From assembly GCA_018813785.1 (NCBI GenBank), contig JAHJAU010000070.1:1-36462 (forward strand): 36,462 bases of DNA. Direction: 5' to 3'. Of the stretch, positions 19,313 to 27,164 are shown piece by piece; positions within the stretch are counted from its first letter, which is position 1, and every line of letters begins with the position of its first letter. The notes under the pieces are model-generated. The model was not told the origin of the DNA. It saw only the letters and a program-made list of their open reading frames with translations, and did not search any database. The position numbers and the translations under genes are program-made. This DNA is from Patescibacteria group bacterium. GTDB taxonomy: Bacteria > Patescibacteriota > Patescibacteriia > SG8-24.

Positions 19313-19879
19313 TCAGTCAGTCTTGGCTGCCTCTTCGGATAAAGATTCCGAGGCGTAAACGAAACCATGCTTGGCCGCTTGCTCGCGACAGCTAAGATCG
19401 ACCTCAGCCAATCGCTCGTCGAAATTATCCGCTCCGCCGAATAGTTCGGAGTAGAAATAATCGAGCGCCACTTCTTCGAAAGGTCCCTGAGGATCGGTTC
19501 CAACTAATACGTACTTACCGTCCGGATCATGCTTGGCGGTCTGAATCGCCGCCTGAAATTGAGGCAGGCCAGCGAACCAATACAGATCAGCTGAGCTCAT
19601 ATTCACTCTGACCACCCAGCATTGCAAATCCATGCGGACGATCGTAATCGGATCAACCACTCCCAAAAGACGCTGTCCGGTTAGTGGGTCAACTAACTCG
19701 TGCCGCTCTTCAGCTTCCCCCACCTCTGGCAATCGAATCTCCGGCGGTGGAATATTCGGCGGTTCTATTCTCGGCACATTCAAATCCGTCCTCTGTCGCG
19801 GCTGATACTTGCGCCAGAAAAAATAGACACAACCGCCCAAAAGTAATCCACCGACTAAAACAAAGATAAACCAAAACAT
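19313..19879 (-). CDS. Hypothetical single-pass membrane protein
   Basis: Start MFWFIF with a GGAGG RBS; N-terminal TM helix, Pro-rich linker, acidic soluble domain. Confidence 0.7.
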   Translation of the reverse strand: MFWFIFVLVGGLLLGGCVYFFWRKYQPRQRTDLNVPRIEPPNIPPPEIRLPEVGEAEERHELVDPLTGQRLLGVVDPITIVRMDLQCWVVRVNMSSADLYWFAGLPQFQAAIQTAKHDPDGKYVLVGTDPQGPFEEVALDYFYSELFGGADNFDERLAEVDLSCREQAAKHGFVYASESLSEEAAKTD

Positions 19880-19942
19880 TAAAGAACCTCCACTAACTGA
19901 GATTACTGGCAAGATTAAGAATGGTCAATTATACAACCGCTA

Positions 19943-20066
19943 GTGACTGCAGAGTTTACCCTGTCGCTCGCGAGCGACAGGGTTTATCTCTGCCCAGCCG
20001 ATCTAATAACGATGGATGGAGGCAAGCCACGTCGCTCGCGAGTGGCGTGGCAAACTCCGCAGCTAC
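19943..20066. repeat. REPIN family B copy with a nested palindrome in each arm
   Basis: Arms match 17384-17452 but are interrupted by CCCTGTCGCTCGCGAGCGACAGGG (19959-19982) and GCCACGTCGCTCGCGAGTGGCGTGGC (20026-20051). Confidence 0.75.
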
Positions 20067-20078
20067 ATTGCCGCAGAG

Positions 20079-20795
20079 TTAAATTTCTCCTGACAAATAT
20101 TTTTTTCGTCGAGACTCCGGAAATTTTTCAATGGCGTAGCGTAGCATGGTGCGCGGCATTTTCTGATAACGAGACCGCAGAAACTTCTCTTCAACTGCCC
20201 GATTCCGATTGCCAATCTCACGCAACAACCAACCAACAGCTTTATGAATCAGATCATGCTGATCAGTAAGCAGTCTCTCCGCGATATCCAGTGCTTCATT
20301 GAACTGACCCTGTTTGATGAAGGCAAAAGTAGCCAACATGGCGATGCGTCGATGCCAAAGATTTTTGGATTTAACAAGTCGTCGCAAAATCGCGCGCGGA
20401 TCACGTCCGGTCAATCGAAACCACTCGCCATAAATACGATCGGCGGACAAATCAACCAGATCCCAGTTGTTGATGTGATCCAGTTTCTTACAATATAAAT
20501 TAAACAGAGATTGGCGACCCAACTCATCCGCTCGTTTAAATTGTTCAGTCATTATAATAAGCGCGAATAATCGCTCCTCATGCCACGGTGAATCGAGTAG
20601 TCGCGCACAATCATTAAGCGCCAGATCACGATAGCCGCGAGCAATGCGTCGCTGTTCAACTACAGTCACCCCAAGAAACTTATCGCCTGCCCCATATTCG
20701 CCCGGTGCGGTTTTAAAAAAACGTTGCAGTACCAGAGCCTGGTCCGCGTTAGCTACTGCCCGCAATTCCTTTTTTAACTGATTCAATTTGGTCAT
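20079..20795 (-). CDS. alkD: DNA alkylation repair protein (AlkD-like HEAT-repeat family)
   Basis: FFKTAPGEYGAGDKFLGV, HEER, INNWDLVD, LW.RR, DLIHKAVGWLLRE and MPRTMLRYAIEKF. Start at MTKLNQL. Confidence 0.88.
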   Translation of the reverse strand: MTKLNQLKKELRAVANADQALVLQRFFKTAPGEYGAGDKFLGVTVVEQRRIARGYRDLALNDCARLLDSPWHEERLFALIIMTEQFKRADELGRQSLFNLYCKKLDHINNWDLVDLSADRIYGEWFRLTGRDPRAILRRLVKSKNLWHRRIAMLATFAFIKQGQFNEALDIAERLLTDQHDLIHKAVGWLLREIGNRNRAVEEKFLRSRYQKMPRTMLRYAIEKFPESRRKKYLSGEI

Positions 20796-21142
20796 AAAAC
20801 TTGTCGTTACCGAGCTATGCCTTGTTTCGTGTTGGTTTTCAGCCGTTAAGCTAACCCGTTCGGGCTTCATCCCAATCCTAGTTACGTAGCAGATTTGGCA
20901 TGGTAGAGCCGTATTTTTGCGGTTCTCCTCCCCTGCATTTCGATTCGTGCGCCGCAAGTGGCAAAATCTTCATTCGCGATTAATATACGTCTGAATTATT
21001 GCTTCATAATTTACCCCCATGTTGAGCCAAAAAAATAGTTTGTTACCAACACGATTCAAGGCATAACTCTCATTACCCTGATAGTACACTGGGGGTCAAG
21101 GCTTTAATCTATAGTATAGGTTAAAGTTCTAACCACCTAATT

Positions 21143-21177
21143 AAAAAACCGGCCGCACCCCTGATGGATGCGACCGG
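21143..21177 (-). terminator. Terminator of the dikinase-phosphatase module
   Basis: Minus strand CCGGTCGCA...TGCGGCCGG followed by TTTTTT immediately after the metallophosphoesterase stop. Confidence 0.7.
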
Positions 21178-21185
21178 CAAAGAGA

Positions 21186-21926
21186 CTAGTAACCAATGAG
21201 CAGACGCTGCCCCAGTTCCGAGGGCAGTCCCAGCTCGGCAATCTGACGAACTACAGCTGCGACATCGTACTCAACGCGTGGCAGACTGAAACTCCAGTCG
21301 CTGGTGTCGAGCAGGCCGTAACAGGCTCGCGGGTCATCGTCGCGCGGCTGACCAACACTGCCGACGTTGATCAAGAACCGCTCATCGCCGGACAATACCA
21401 GTTCGGTCTGGTGATAGAACGAACCGCTCCGTTCACCGAAGACCTGGGGCTCATGCGTGTGTCCGACGAAGAACACTCTCAGGTCATCGTGCGGCAAACG
21501 TTTGAGCTCAATTCCCGCGCCGACCGAACCCTCGACGTAAAAAAACGTTGCCGGATGAGAAAACGATGCATGGGTGAAAGCCAGGCCATGATCCTCATCC
21601 CAGAGACAGTCGGGCAGACCGTCCAGATAGTCGAGCTGAGGCTGTTGCAACGCGAGAGCGGTGAACCGAACCGCTTCTTTGGCGATTTGGTTGAAGTTAC
21701 GAGCCCAGCGCTCTGAATCGAGCACCGCAGCCTCGTGGTTACCGAGCACTGTCTTGATCCGCTCGAGCTGGATCCGGATCACACACTCTCGCGGTTGCGG
21801 ACCGTACCCGACCACATCCCCCAGACAGACCATCTGATCCACGCCGCCACGCGCGCGGATATCAGACAGGACTGCCTGCAGTGCGACGTAGTTTCCATGA
21901 ACATCAGAAATAATCGCGAACCGCAT
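21186..21926 (-). CDS. Calcineurin-like metallophosphoesterase (YfcE/MJ0912-like)
   Basis: ISDVHGN, LGDVVGYG, GNHE, THAS, GHTH and NVGSVGQPRD motifs; AAGGAGG RBS. Confidence 0.92.
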   Translation of the reverse strand: MRFAIISDVHGNYVALQAVLSDIRARGGVDQMVCLGDVVGYGPQPRECVIRIQLERIKTVLGNHEAAVLDSERWARNFNQIAKEAVRFTALALQQPQLDYLDGLPDCLWDEDHGLAFTHASFSHPATFFYVEGSVGAGIELKRLPHDDLRVFFVGHTHEPQVFGERSGSFYHQTELVLSGDERFLINVGSVGQPRDDDPRACYGLLDTSDWSFSLPRVEYDVAAVVRQIAELGLPSELGQRLLIGY

Positions 21927-21968
21927 GGCAGTCCTCCTTTCCTTGCGTTGTTAGCGCCGTTTCGTTTA

Positions 21969-22463
21969 TCAGCGCAAATTCAGATATTGCGAGGGCACTT
22001 CCCGGCCTCGCAACGAGAAAATCCCTTCGGCCTGAGCCATGGTCTCGACAGCGTGGTGGCAATGCCGCTCACGCACCGCGGCGATCGGGTCAGGCGTTTC
22101 TTCCTCGGTCTCCAGGATGGCGATGAGTGACGCGAGCAGTGTACCGGTTCGCCCATGTCCGGCGGTGCAGAAGCACAGCACTCGCTCCCCGGTCTGGTGG
22201 CATCTCGCGAGCAGCGGGATTACCCGCCCGCACAAGAACTCCACCCAGTCGTCCGGCACACCGCCGAAGTCCGGCAATTGAGCGGATAGCACCAGGAAAA
22301 AGTTGCCGATGCCCAGTGGGGGCAATTGTTCGGTGAGCGGAATCAGCACATCGAACTCGGACAGGATGTCCGGGTCGAGGTGCATGGCTCCAGCGACATA
22401 GATCGTATAGGGGCCAACCTGGATCGGCTGGCCGGTGTGTGAATGAGCATCCTTCTGTCTCAT
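21969..22463 (-). CDS. Cys-based dual-specificity/tyrosine phosphatase (CX5R)
   Basis: PDFGG acid loop, FCTAGHGRTGT P-loop, VRERHC..AVET..Q; GGAGG RBS before ATG at 22463. Confidence 0.88.
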   Translation of the reverse strand: MRQKDAHSHTGQPIQVGPYTIYVAGAMHLDPDILSEFDVLIPLTEQLPPLGIGNFFLVLSAQLPDFGGVPDDWVEFLCGRVIPLLARCHQTGERVLCFCTAGHGRTGTLLASLIAILETEEETPDPIAAVRERHCHHAVETMAQAEGIFSLRGREVPSQYLNLR

Positions 22464-22602
22464 CTCGTCCTCCGCAGCTAATCCGTTACCCCTTGTAACA
22501 GATGAGCAGTGAGAGGGGGAAGCGCTGAAAAGATTCAACGCTTCCCCAGATGCCCCCGAGAGAAATCAGAGAGCGGTTGGGTGATCAGACCGAAACAAAG
22601 AT

Positions 22603-23013
22603 CTAGTAGGCCTCCTCCGCCTCGTCGTCGTCCGCCTCGTCCGCGGCCGACGACGAGCAGCACCCGGCCGCTGCCTGCTCGACGCGCTTCATGGCGGCCT
22701 TCACCACGACCACCTCTCCGCCGACCGCCTCGAGTGCGGCGCGCGCGATCCCGATCGCCTGGAGCAGCTCGCTGTCCGGGACCACGCACGAGAACCGGAA
22801 CTCCCCGTCGCTGGGCGTCTTCCAGCCGGCCGGGATGTGCGGCCGCATCATCTCGGCACCGATCATATCGGTCGGCTCCAGCCTGATCCGACTGGAGTCG
22901 CCACCGTCCAGGATACGCCGACTCAATCGGCCGGCCGCGTTCTCCGTCAGCAGCTGGTAGCTACCGGGGATCCCCTCGGTACCGGCGAACCGATACCTTC
23001 CGTTCTTTGCCAT
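22603..23013 (-). CDS. Hypothetical protein (136 aa) with an acidic C-terminal tail
   Basis: AAGGAGG RBS; GC-rich codon use; ends CCSSSAADEADDDEAEEAY; lies inside the module. Confidence 0.75.
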   Translation of the reverse strand: MAKNGRYRFAGTEGIPGSYQLLTENAAGRLSRRILDGGDSSRIRLEPTDMIGAEMMRPHIPAGWKTPSDGEFRFSCVVPDSELLQAIGIARAALEAVGGEVVVVKAAMKRVEQAAAGCCSSSAADEADDDEAEEAY

Positions 23014-23172
23014 GACTTCCTCCTTACCCGTCTCCTCCCCTTGAGAAGACGGCTAATAGAGGGAGAAGCGCCAAAAGGCGGGCGACGCTTCTCACTCAAG
23101 AAGATTTCCGAATCGCCAGACCAGGCGACCCAGAAAGAGCTTTATGATTTGAAAGAACTTGAGCAGGAGCCA

Positions 23173-25536
23173 CTACCACAGACCGCCGGCTTGTCCCTGA
23201 AGGTACAGCGTGGATATTTCCGGCGAAATGGTACCAGCCGCTTCGCCAGCAATAAATTTGTCGTACAACCCCCTGACGCCACCCTGGTGATCACGCTTGG
23301 TGTCCAATAGTTGATCCAGATGCCAAAGGTTTCCGACCAGAAAATCTTTGGTCTTGTTGAACATCCGACCACCGTTGTGTTGCAGATCGAAAGCGTGATC
23401 CACGAACACCGTGGCTGTAACCTTGCCTTCGAGCCACGACAGGGCGGCCGCGCAGATATCCGCCCACTTGATTCCACCAAACGACGTACTCCATTTCAAA
23501 TGGCGGAAGGCATTTTCTGCCCGCTGCAGAAAAATTATCTGTTGCTCGAGCGGCAGTAACTCCAATTGGTCAGCAACAGACCTCTGCGCTTCGATTCGAT
23601 CAACGCCTTCGTCAATCACCCCATACTTTTGTAGTTCAGCATGGACCAACTCTCGATCTAAGATCAGAGGGTTGCTATAGGCACTGCTTCGAACGTGACG
23701 CAACTCTCCGGCTGCTGCCAAGACGATATAAGTGGCCATCAACTCAGCGGCCTCCTGATGTTCTTGATGCTGGAGCTTTTGGACTGCTCTCGAAAGCTCG
23801 GCTGTGGCATTGAGACTACTACTGGCCGCAGCCATGGCTTCGATCAGGTAGAAGCTCCTCGCCAACTGCACCACGTTAATACTCTCGCCTCGTCGCTCGA
23901 GGGCGATTCGTGGGGCGTGAGCCCTTTTGTCAATCTCCGGCTGATGGATCCTCTTGTACCACCGCAGGAAAATTTTAATTTCTCTACGGTGGATGCCGAA
24001 CTCCATGGGCAGCTCACCCTGAAGCACCACACCACTCGTGCCGTCAACTGAAACCCACTGAAGGGGCGACAGCTTCAAGCATAAGTCCGCCTGAACACCC
24101 ACTACCGCCGGTTTGTTCAGACTCCGAGCCACCACCGCGGCATGCGATGTCGCGCCGCCGACTTCGGTGACGATAGCATCAGCCGCCAGCATCCCTGGTA
24201 GATCATTGGGTGAAGTCTCTGTCCGAAACAGCACCACCGAACAACCAGCTCCCTTCAATTGACGAGCTTGCTCCGAGGTAAGGGCCGGCCGGCCGGTCAC
24301 TGCTCCAGGCGAAGCCGGAATACCGCGAGCCAGAAAACGATTGGGGTCAGCCACAGCCTGAGCCAGCTCATTAGTCCGAAAGACTGACCGATCCAACTGT
24401 GCTAGCTGAGCTGTAGTCATCGCCCTTCGCTCAAGCGCTTGCTCCTTGGTGAAACGCTTTTCCCAAACCATCTGCACGGCATGAGAAACGGCCGCCACCG
24501 GGGTGCGCTTGGCCAGTCGAACCTGGAGAATGAACAGTCGGCCAGATTCGATCGTGAACTCTACATCCACGACGTCGTCAAAGTGCTGTTCGAGCAGTAT
24601 ACAGATCTGACTCAGCTCCTGATAAACCCCGGGATTCCAACTTTCGAGTTCAGCGATCGGTCGCGGTGTCTTAACACCAGCCACCACATCTTCGCCTTGA
24701 GCGTTTGGCAGCCACTCACCATAGAGCTCGCGCTCGCCGGTGGCGACATTGCGAGAAAAAACAACTCCAGTTCCGGAATCGTCTCCTCGATTACCGAACA
24801 CCATGGCTTGAATGTTAGCGGCGGTTCCGAGCCAACTGGGAATGTTGTTGGCTCGGCGATAAGCCCGGGCACGCTCTGACTCCCAACTGCGAAACACAGC
24901 ACGGCTGGCCATCGTTAACTGAGTCCAGACGTCGTCTTCCATGGAACCGGCGCGACGCTGAATCAGTTGCCGACAGTTGCGGCAGAACTTCTTCAGAGCT
25001 CTGACATGGAACGACTCACGATCGTGATCGCACCCGTTCTTCTGCCACAACTTATCAAACTCACTGGCTGCGATCCCATGAACCACGGTACCGTAACTGA
25101 CCAGAAATCGCCGATAGCAATCCCAAGCGAACCGTTCGTCTCCGGTTTCCCTGGCCAGCGCCAGAACTGTGTCCGGATTAAGTCCGAGATTCAGGATTGT
25201 ATCCATCATCCCGGGCATGGAGTGCTCGGCGCCGGACCTGACCGACACCAGCAGCGGCTTGACCAAATGACCAAAGCCACGACCAGTCGACTGCTCCAAT
25301 CCTTCCATTTCTCGAACGATCTGACCAAACTGCCGACGCGGCAGATGGCCATGCTGTAGTGACGACCGCCCCACGCTTGTGGTGACGGTGAAACCGGGCG
25401 GCATGGGTACACCAAGGTGCACCAGTTCCGCCAAGGAGAAACCCTTGCCGCCACGCTTGGCGGCTGACAGATGGGCGGAACTTTCGAATCCGCAAACCAC
25501 CTGACGATTCCGCCTGCGAGACGCTTTCTTTCCCAT
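23173..25536 (-). CDS. PPDK-derived dikinase: ATP-grasp domain + phospho-His swivel domain + unrecognised C-terminal domain (not canonical PpdK)
   Basis: GGKG, VSVRSGA..SMPGMMDTILNLG, QAMVFGN..SGTGV, AQGEDVVAG, DVEFTIE..L..LQ.R and GGATSHAAVVAR (His465). The PEP/pyruvate barrel motifs (MIE.PRA, SFGTNDLTQ) are absent. Confidence 0.9.
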   Translation of the reverse strand: MGKKASRRRNRQVVCGFESSAHLSAAKRGGKGFSLAELVHLGVPMPPGFTVTTSVGRSSLQHGHLPRRQFGQIVREMEGLEQSTGRGFGHLVKPLLVSVRSGAEHSMPGMMDTILNLGLNPDTVLALARETGDERFAWDCYRRFLVSYGTVVHGIAASEFDKLWQKNGCDHDRESFHVRALKKFCRNCRQLIQRRAGSMEDDVWTQLTMASRAVFRSWESERARAYRRANNIPSWLGTAANIQAMVFGNRGDDSGTGVVFSRNVATGERELYGEWLPNAQGEDVVAGVKTPRPIAELESWNPGVYQELSQICILLEQHFDDVVDVEFTIESGRLFILQVRLAKRTPVAAVSHAVQMVWEKRFTKEQALERRAMTTAQLAQLDRSVFRTNELAQAVADPNRFLARGIPASPGAVTGRPALTSEQARQLKGAGCSVVLFRTETSPNDLPGMLAADAIVTEVGGATSHAAVVARSLNKPAVVGVQADLCLKLSPLQWVSVDGTSGVVLQGELPMEFGIHRREIKIFLRWYKRIHQPEIDKRAHAPRIALERRGESINVVQLARSFYLIEAMAAASSSLNATAELSRAVQKLQHQEHQEAAELMATYIVLAAAGELRHVRSSAYSNPLILDRELVHAELQKYGVIDEGVDRIEAQRSVADQLELLPLEQQIIFLQRAENAFRHLKWSTSFGGIKWADICAAALSWLEGKVTATVFVDHAFDLQHNGGRMFNKTKDFLVGNLWHLDQLLDTKRDHQGGVRGLYDKFIAGEAAGTISPEISTLYLQGQAGGLW

Positions 25537-25696
25537 TTCCCTCTCCTGGGTTTGACCCGGTGCACCGGGCGACTTTGTTTTGTTGTTGATTGTAAATATC
25601 TAAAACGCCTTAAGGCGTTTGATTGGAATAGCCAAAAAGTTACAGCAATTTTCTGACTGACCCAACCAAGAGCCTAAGCCATTTTTAAAACTCTAA

Positions 25697-25725
25697 AATA
25701 TAGCAAATCTCTGCGTAATTGTCAA
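25697..25725 (-). promoter_or_regulatory. Sigma70-like promoter of the dikinase module
   Basis: Minus strand TTGACA-N17-TATATT with an extended -10 TG. Confidence 0.7.
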
Positions 25726-25740
25726 GATTATTAAACAAGT

Positions 25741-25769
25741 GACCCAGCTCCAATTTCTGGAGCTGGGCC
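25741..25769 (-). terminator. Strong hairpin closing the non-coding region (probable terminator)
   Basis: CCCAGCTCCA-GAAAT-TGGAGCTGGG followed on the minus strand by TCACTTGTTT, a weak U-tract. Confidence 0.55.
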
Positions 25770-25789
25770 GTAAGGTAACAAAAAAATTT

Positions 25790-27158
25790 TCTTAGTGGCC
25801 ATTTGTCATGCGCCCCCAAGGCCGTGCGGAGGCACTTCCGTTTTTCAGGTCAGCGCCATGACTGCGCTTTTTCGATCGAATGTAGTAGTTCGACATCGAA
25901 CGTCGATCTAGACCTGAAGCATCATCAGCCTGAACCAAGGCCGAGAATTGACATCCTCGTGGAAGTAGCGAGGCTGTCCAAGCGGCAAGAATCGCTTCCG
26001 TGGTGGTTTGGTGACCACCTTTTCCACTTTCCTATTTCTTGAAGGGCTTGTCGCAACGGGCTTTACCCATCGCCTAGGTTCATCCTTCAGCTAAAACCTG
26101 ACCAATCATAGACTCATCCACTCGTCTTGTATAACTTTTCAAAAGCGTTATACATCAGCGTGAATAAGCCAAGCACTCTTCTCCGCCCTTTATTAATTAT
26201 TTGCATTGAAAAGTGTTACTGATCAGGCCCTAACCCCGTCTGTCCGGGGTGCGGAGACGCCACTTCCGCTTCAGTTGTCCCATCAATCCAGTGATGGGCG
26301 TGAAATCGGTCGCTGGTAGAATGACAGACTCCAACCAACTCCACTGTTTCAGTGGCAGACACAGTACACCGCCATCAAACAGCTTCCCTCTTTTTAACGG
26401 TGCCTTCACCGAGGGAGATGAAAACACCGCATAAACTCACCTCACCAACGGTTTTATGAATTCCGCTGGCAAAATGATCGGACGGGGCCTATTCGGTCTC
26501 TATCATTCAGGCGATTTCCAACCGCCGGGTTGAAAAAACCTTTCGGGTACCCTTAGCCGCCAGGTGTCTAGCCGTCGGCTAACTCGATTCAGCTTTCAGT
26601 TGATGATTCAGTTCGGTTGCGAGCCGTACCAGATCGTCAATCTCGGTTCTTGATACCTGCCCGATTTAGGCATCAAGCAATAAACCGCAATGACCTCTGA
26701 ATCTTAAAGTCACCGTCTCTTTATCGACCCGCCGGTCGCGTAGGGAAAGAGACTACCCAGCTATTTGATGAAAGTTCTCTGATCGTCCTACCCAGGATGA
26801 TCCAACTCCCACCTTGATGGCCGATCCGGACACGCCGCTGCCCGACCTAATCACTCCTCGGTCTGCTTACCAAAAAGAAAATAGGTTTTAATTTGCTCGT
26901 TTACTCCTTGAGCTCAGTGTGCAGCGGGGATTTCACCCGCACTCCCTCCACGCCTGGTTTATAAAAATTTTTTACCAGGTTGAACGGATTCAGCTTTGGT
27001 CTGAACACACAAACGAGCGGACCTTTTTAAATAAGTGCTTAGAGCAGCGCACCTATCGAGCTGACTTTTTGTTAACGGGCTCCGTCAGCGATTGAGCCCT
27101 AGTAAACGCACATCCTAATCCTCCCTCTTTATCTGAACCTGCGACGACGTTGTCGCAG
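25790..27158 (-). ncRNA. Candidate cluster of large structured non-coding RNAs, family unknown
   Basis: No credible ORF in ~1.4 kb; many hairpins, mostly with G-U pairs and A-rich loops on the minus strand; end-to-end closing helices; AT-rich linkers; own promoter and terminal hairpin. Confidence 0.6.
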
Positions 27159-27164
27159 AGAAAA

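Noticed and set aside
20796-21020. N-terminal extension of alkD or a separate small gene or RNA
   Set aside because: AlkD similarity begins at MTKLNQL; upstream frames are short and I found no convincing structure.
23173-25536. Calling the gene canonical ppdK, or a truncated ppdK pseudogene
   Set aside because: The PEP/pyruvate barrel motifs are absent from this frame and from the listed alternative ORFs, and the ORF continues intact into a different domain.
25556-25620. Perfect palindromes CCCGGTGCACCGGG and AAACGCCTTAAGGCGTTT in the dikinase leader as a riboswitch or operator
   Set aside because: They are real palindromes, but I recognise no aptamer, there is no second copy and no regulator is nearby, so no function can be supported.
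25840-25930. Hammerhead ribozyme (CTGATGA...GAAA on the minus strand)
   Set aside because: The GAAA overlaps the TTCAGGTC/GACCTGAA stem and I could not build stems I and III with a cleavage triplet.
25803-26434. Short ORFs in the non-coding region (25803..26042, 26230..26427, 26249..26434)
   Set aside because: Short, non-ATG starts, no RBS and no protein-like features.
26905-26950. Cobalamin or FMN riboswitch (GGGAGTGCGGGTGAAATCCCCGC)
   Set aside because: Only the T-loop-like hairpin resembles them; the other conserved boxes are missing and no coding gene follows directly.
25790-27158. rRNA, RNase P, tmRNA, or a group I/II intron
   Set aside because: I found no universal rRNA motifs, no GAGGAAAGTCC P4 motif, no tmRNA-like ends, no group I P7 motif, and the GAGCCGTA at 26621 lacks the rest of a group II domain V hairpin.
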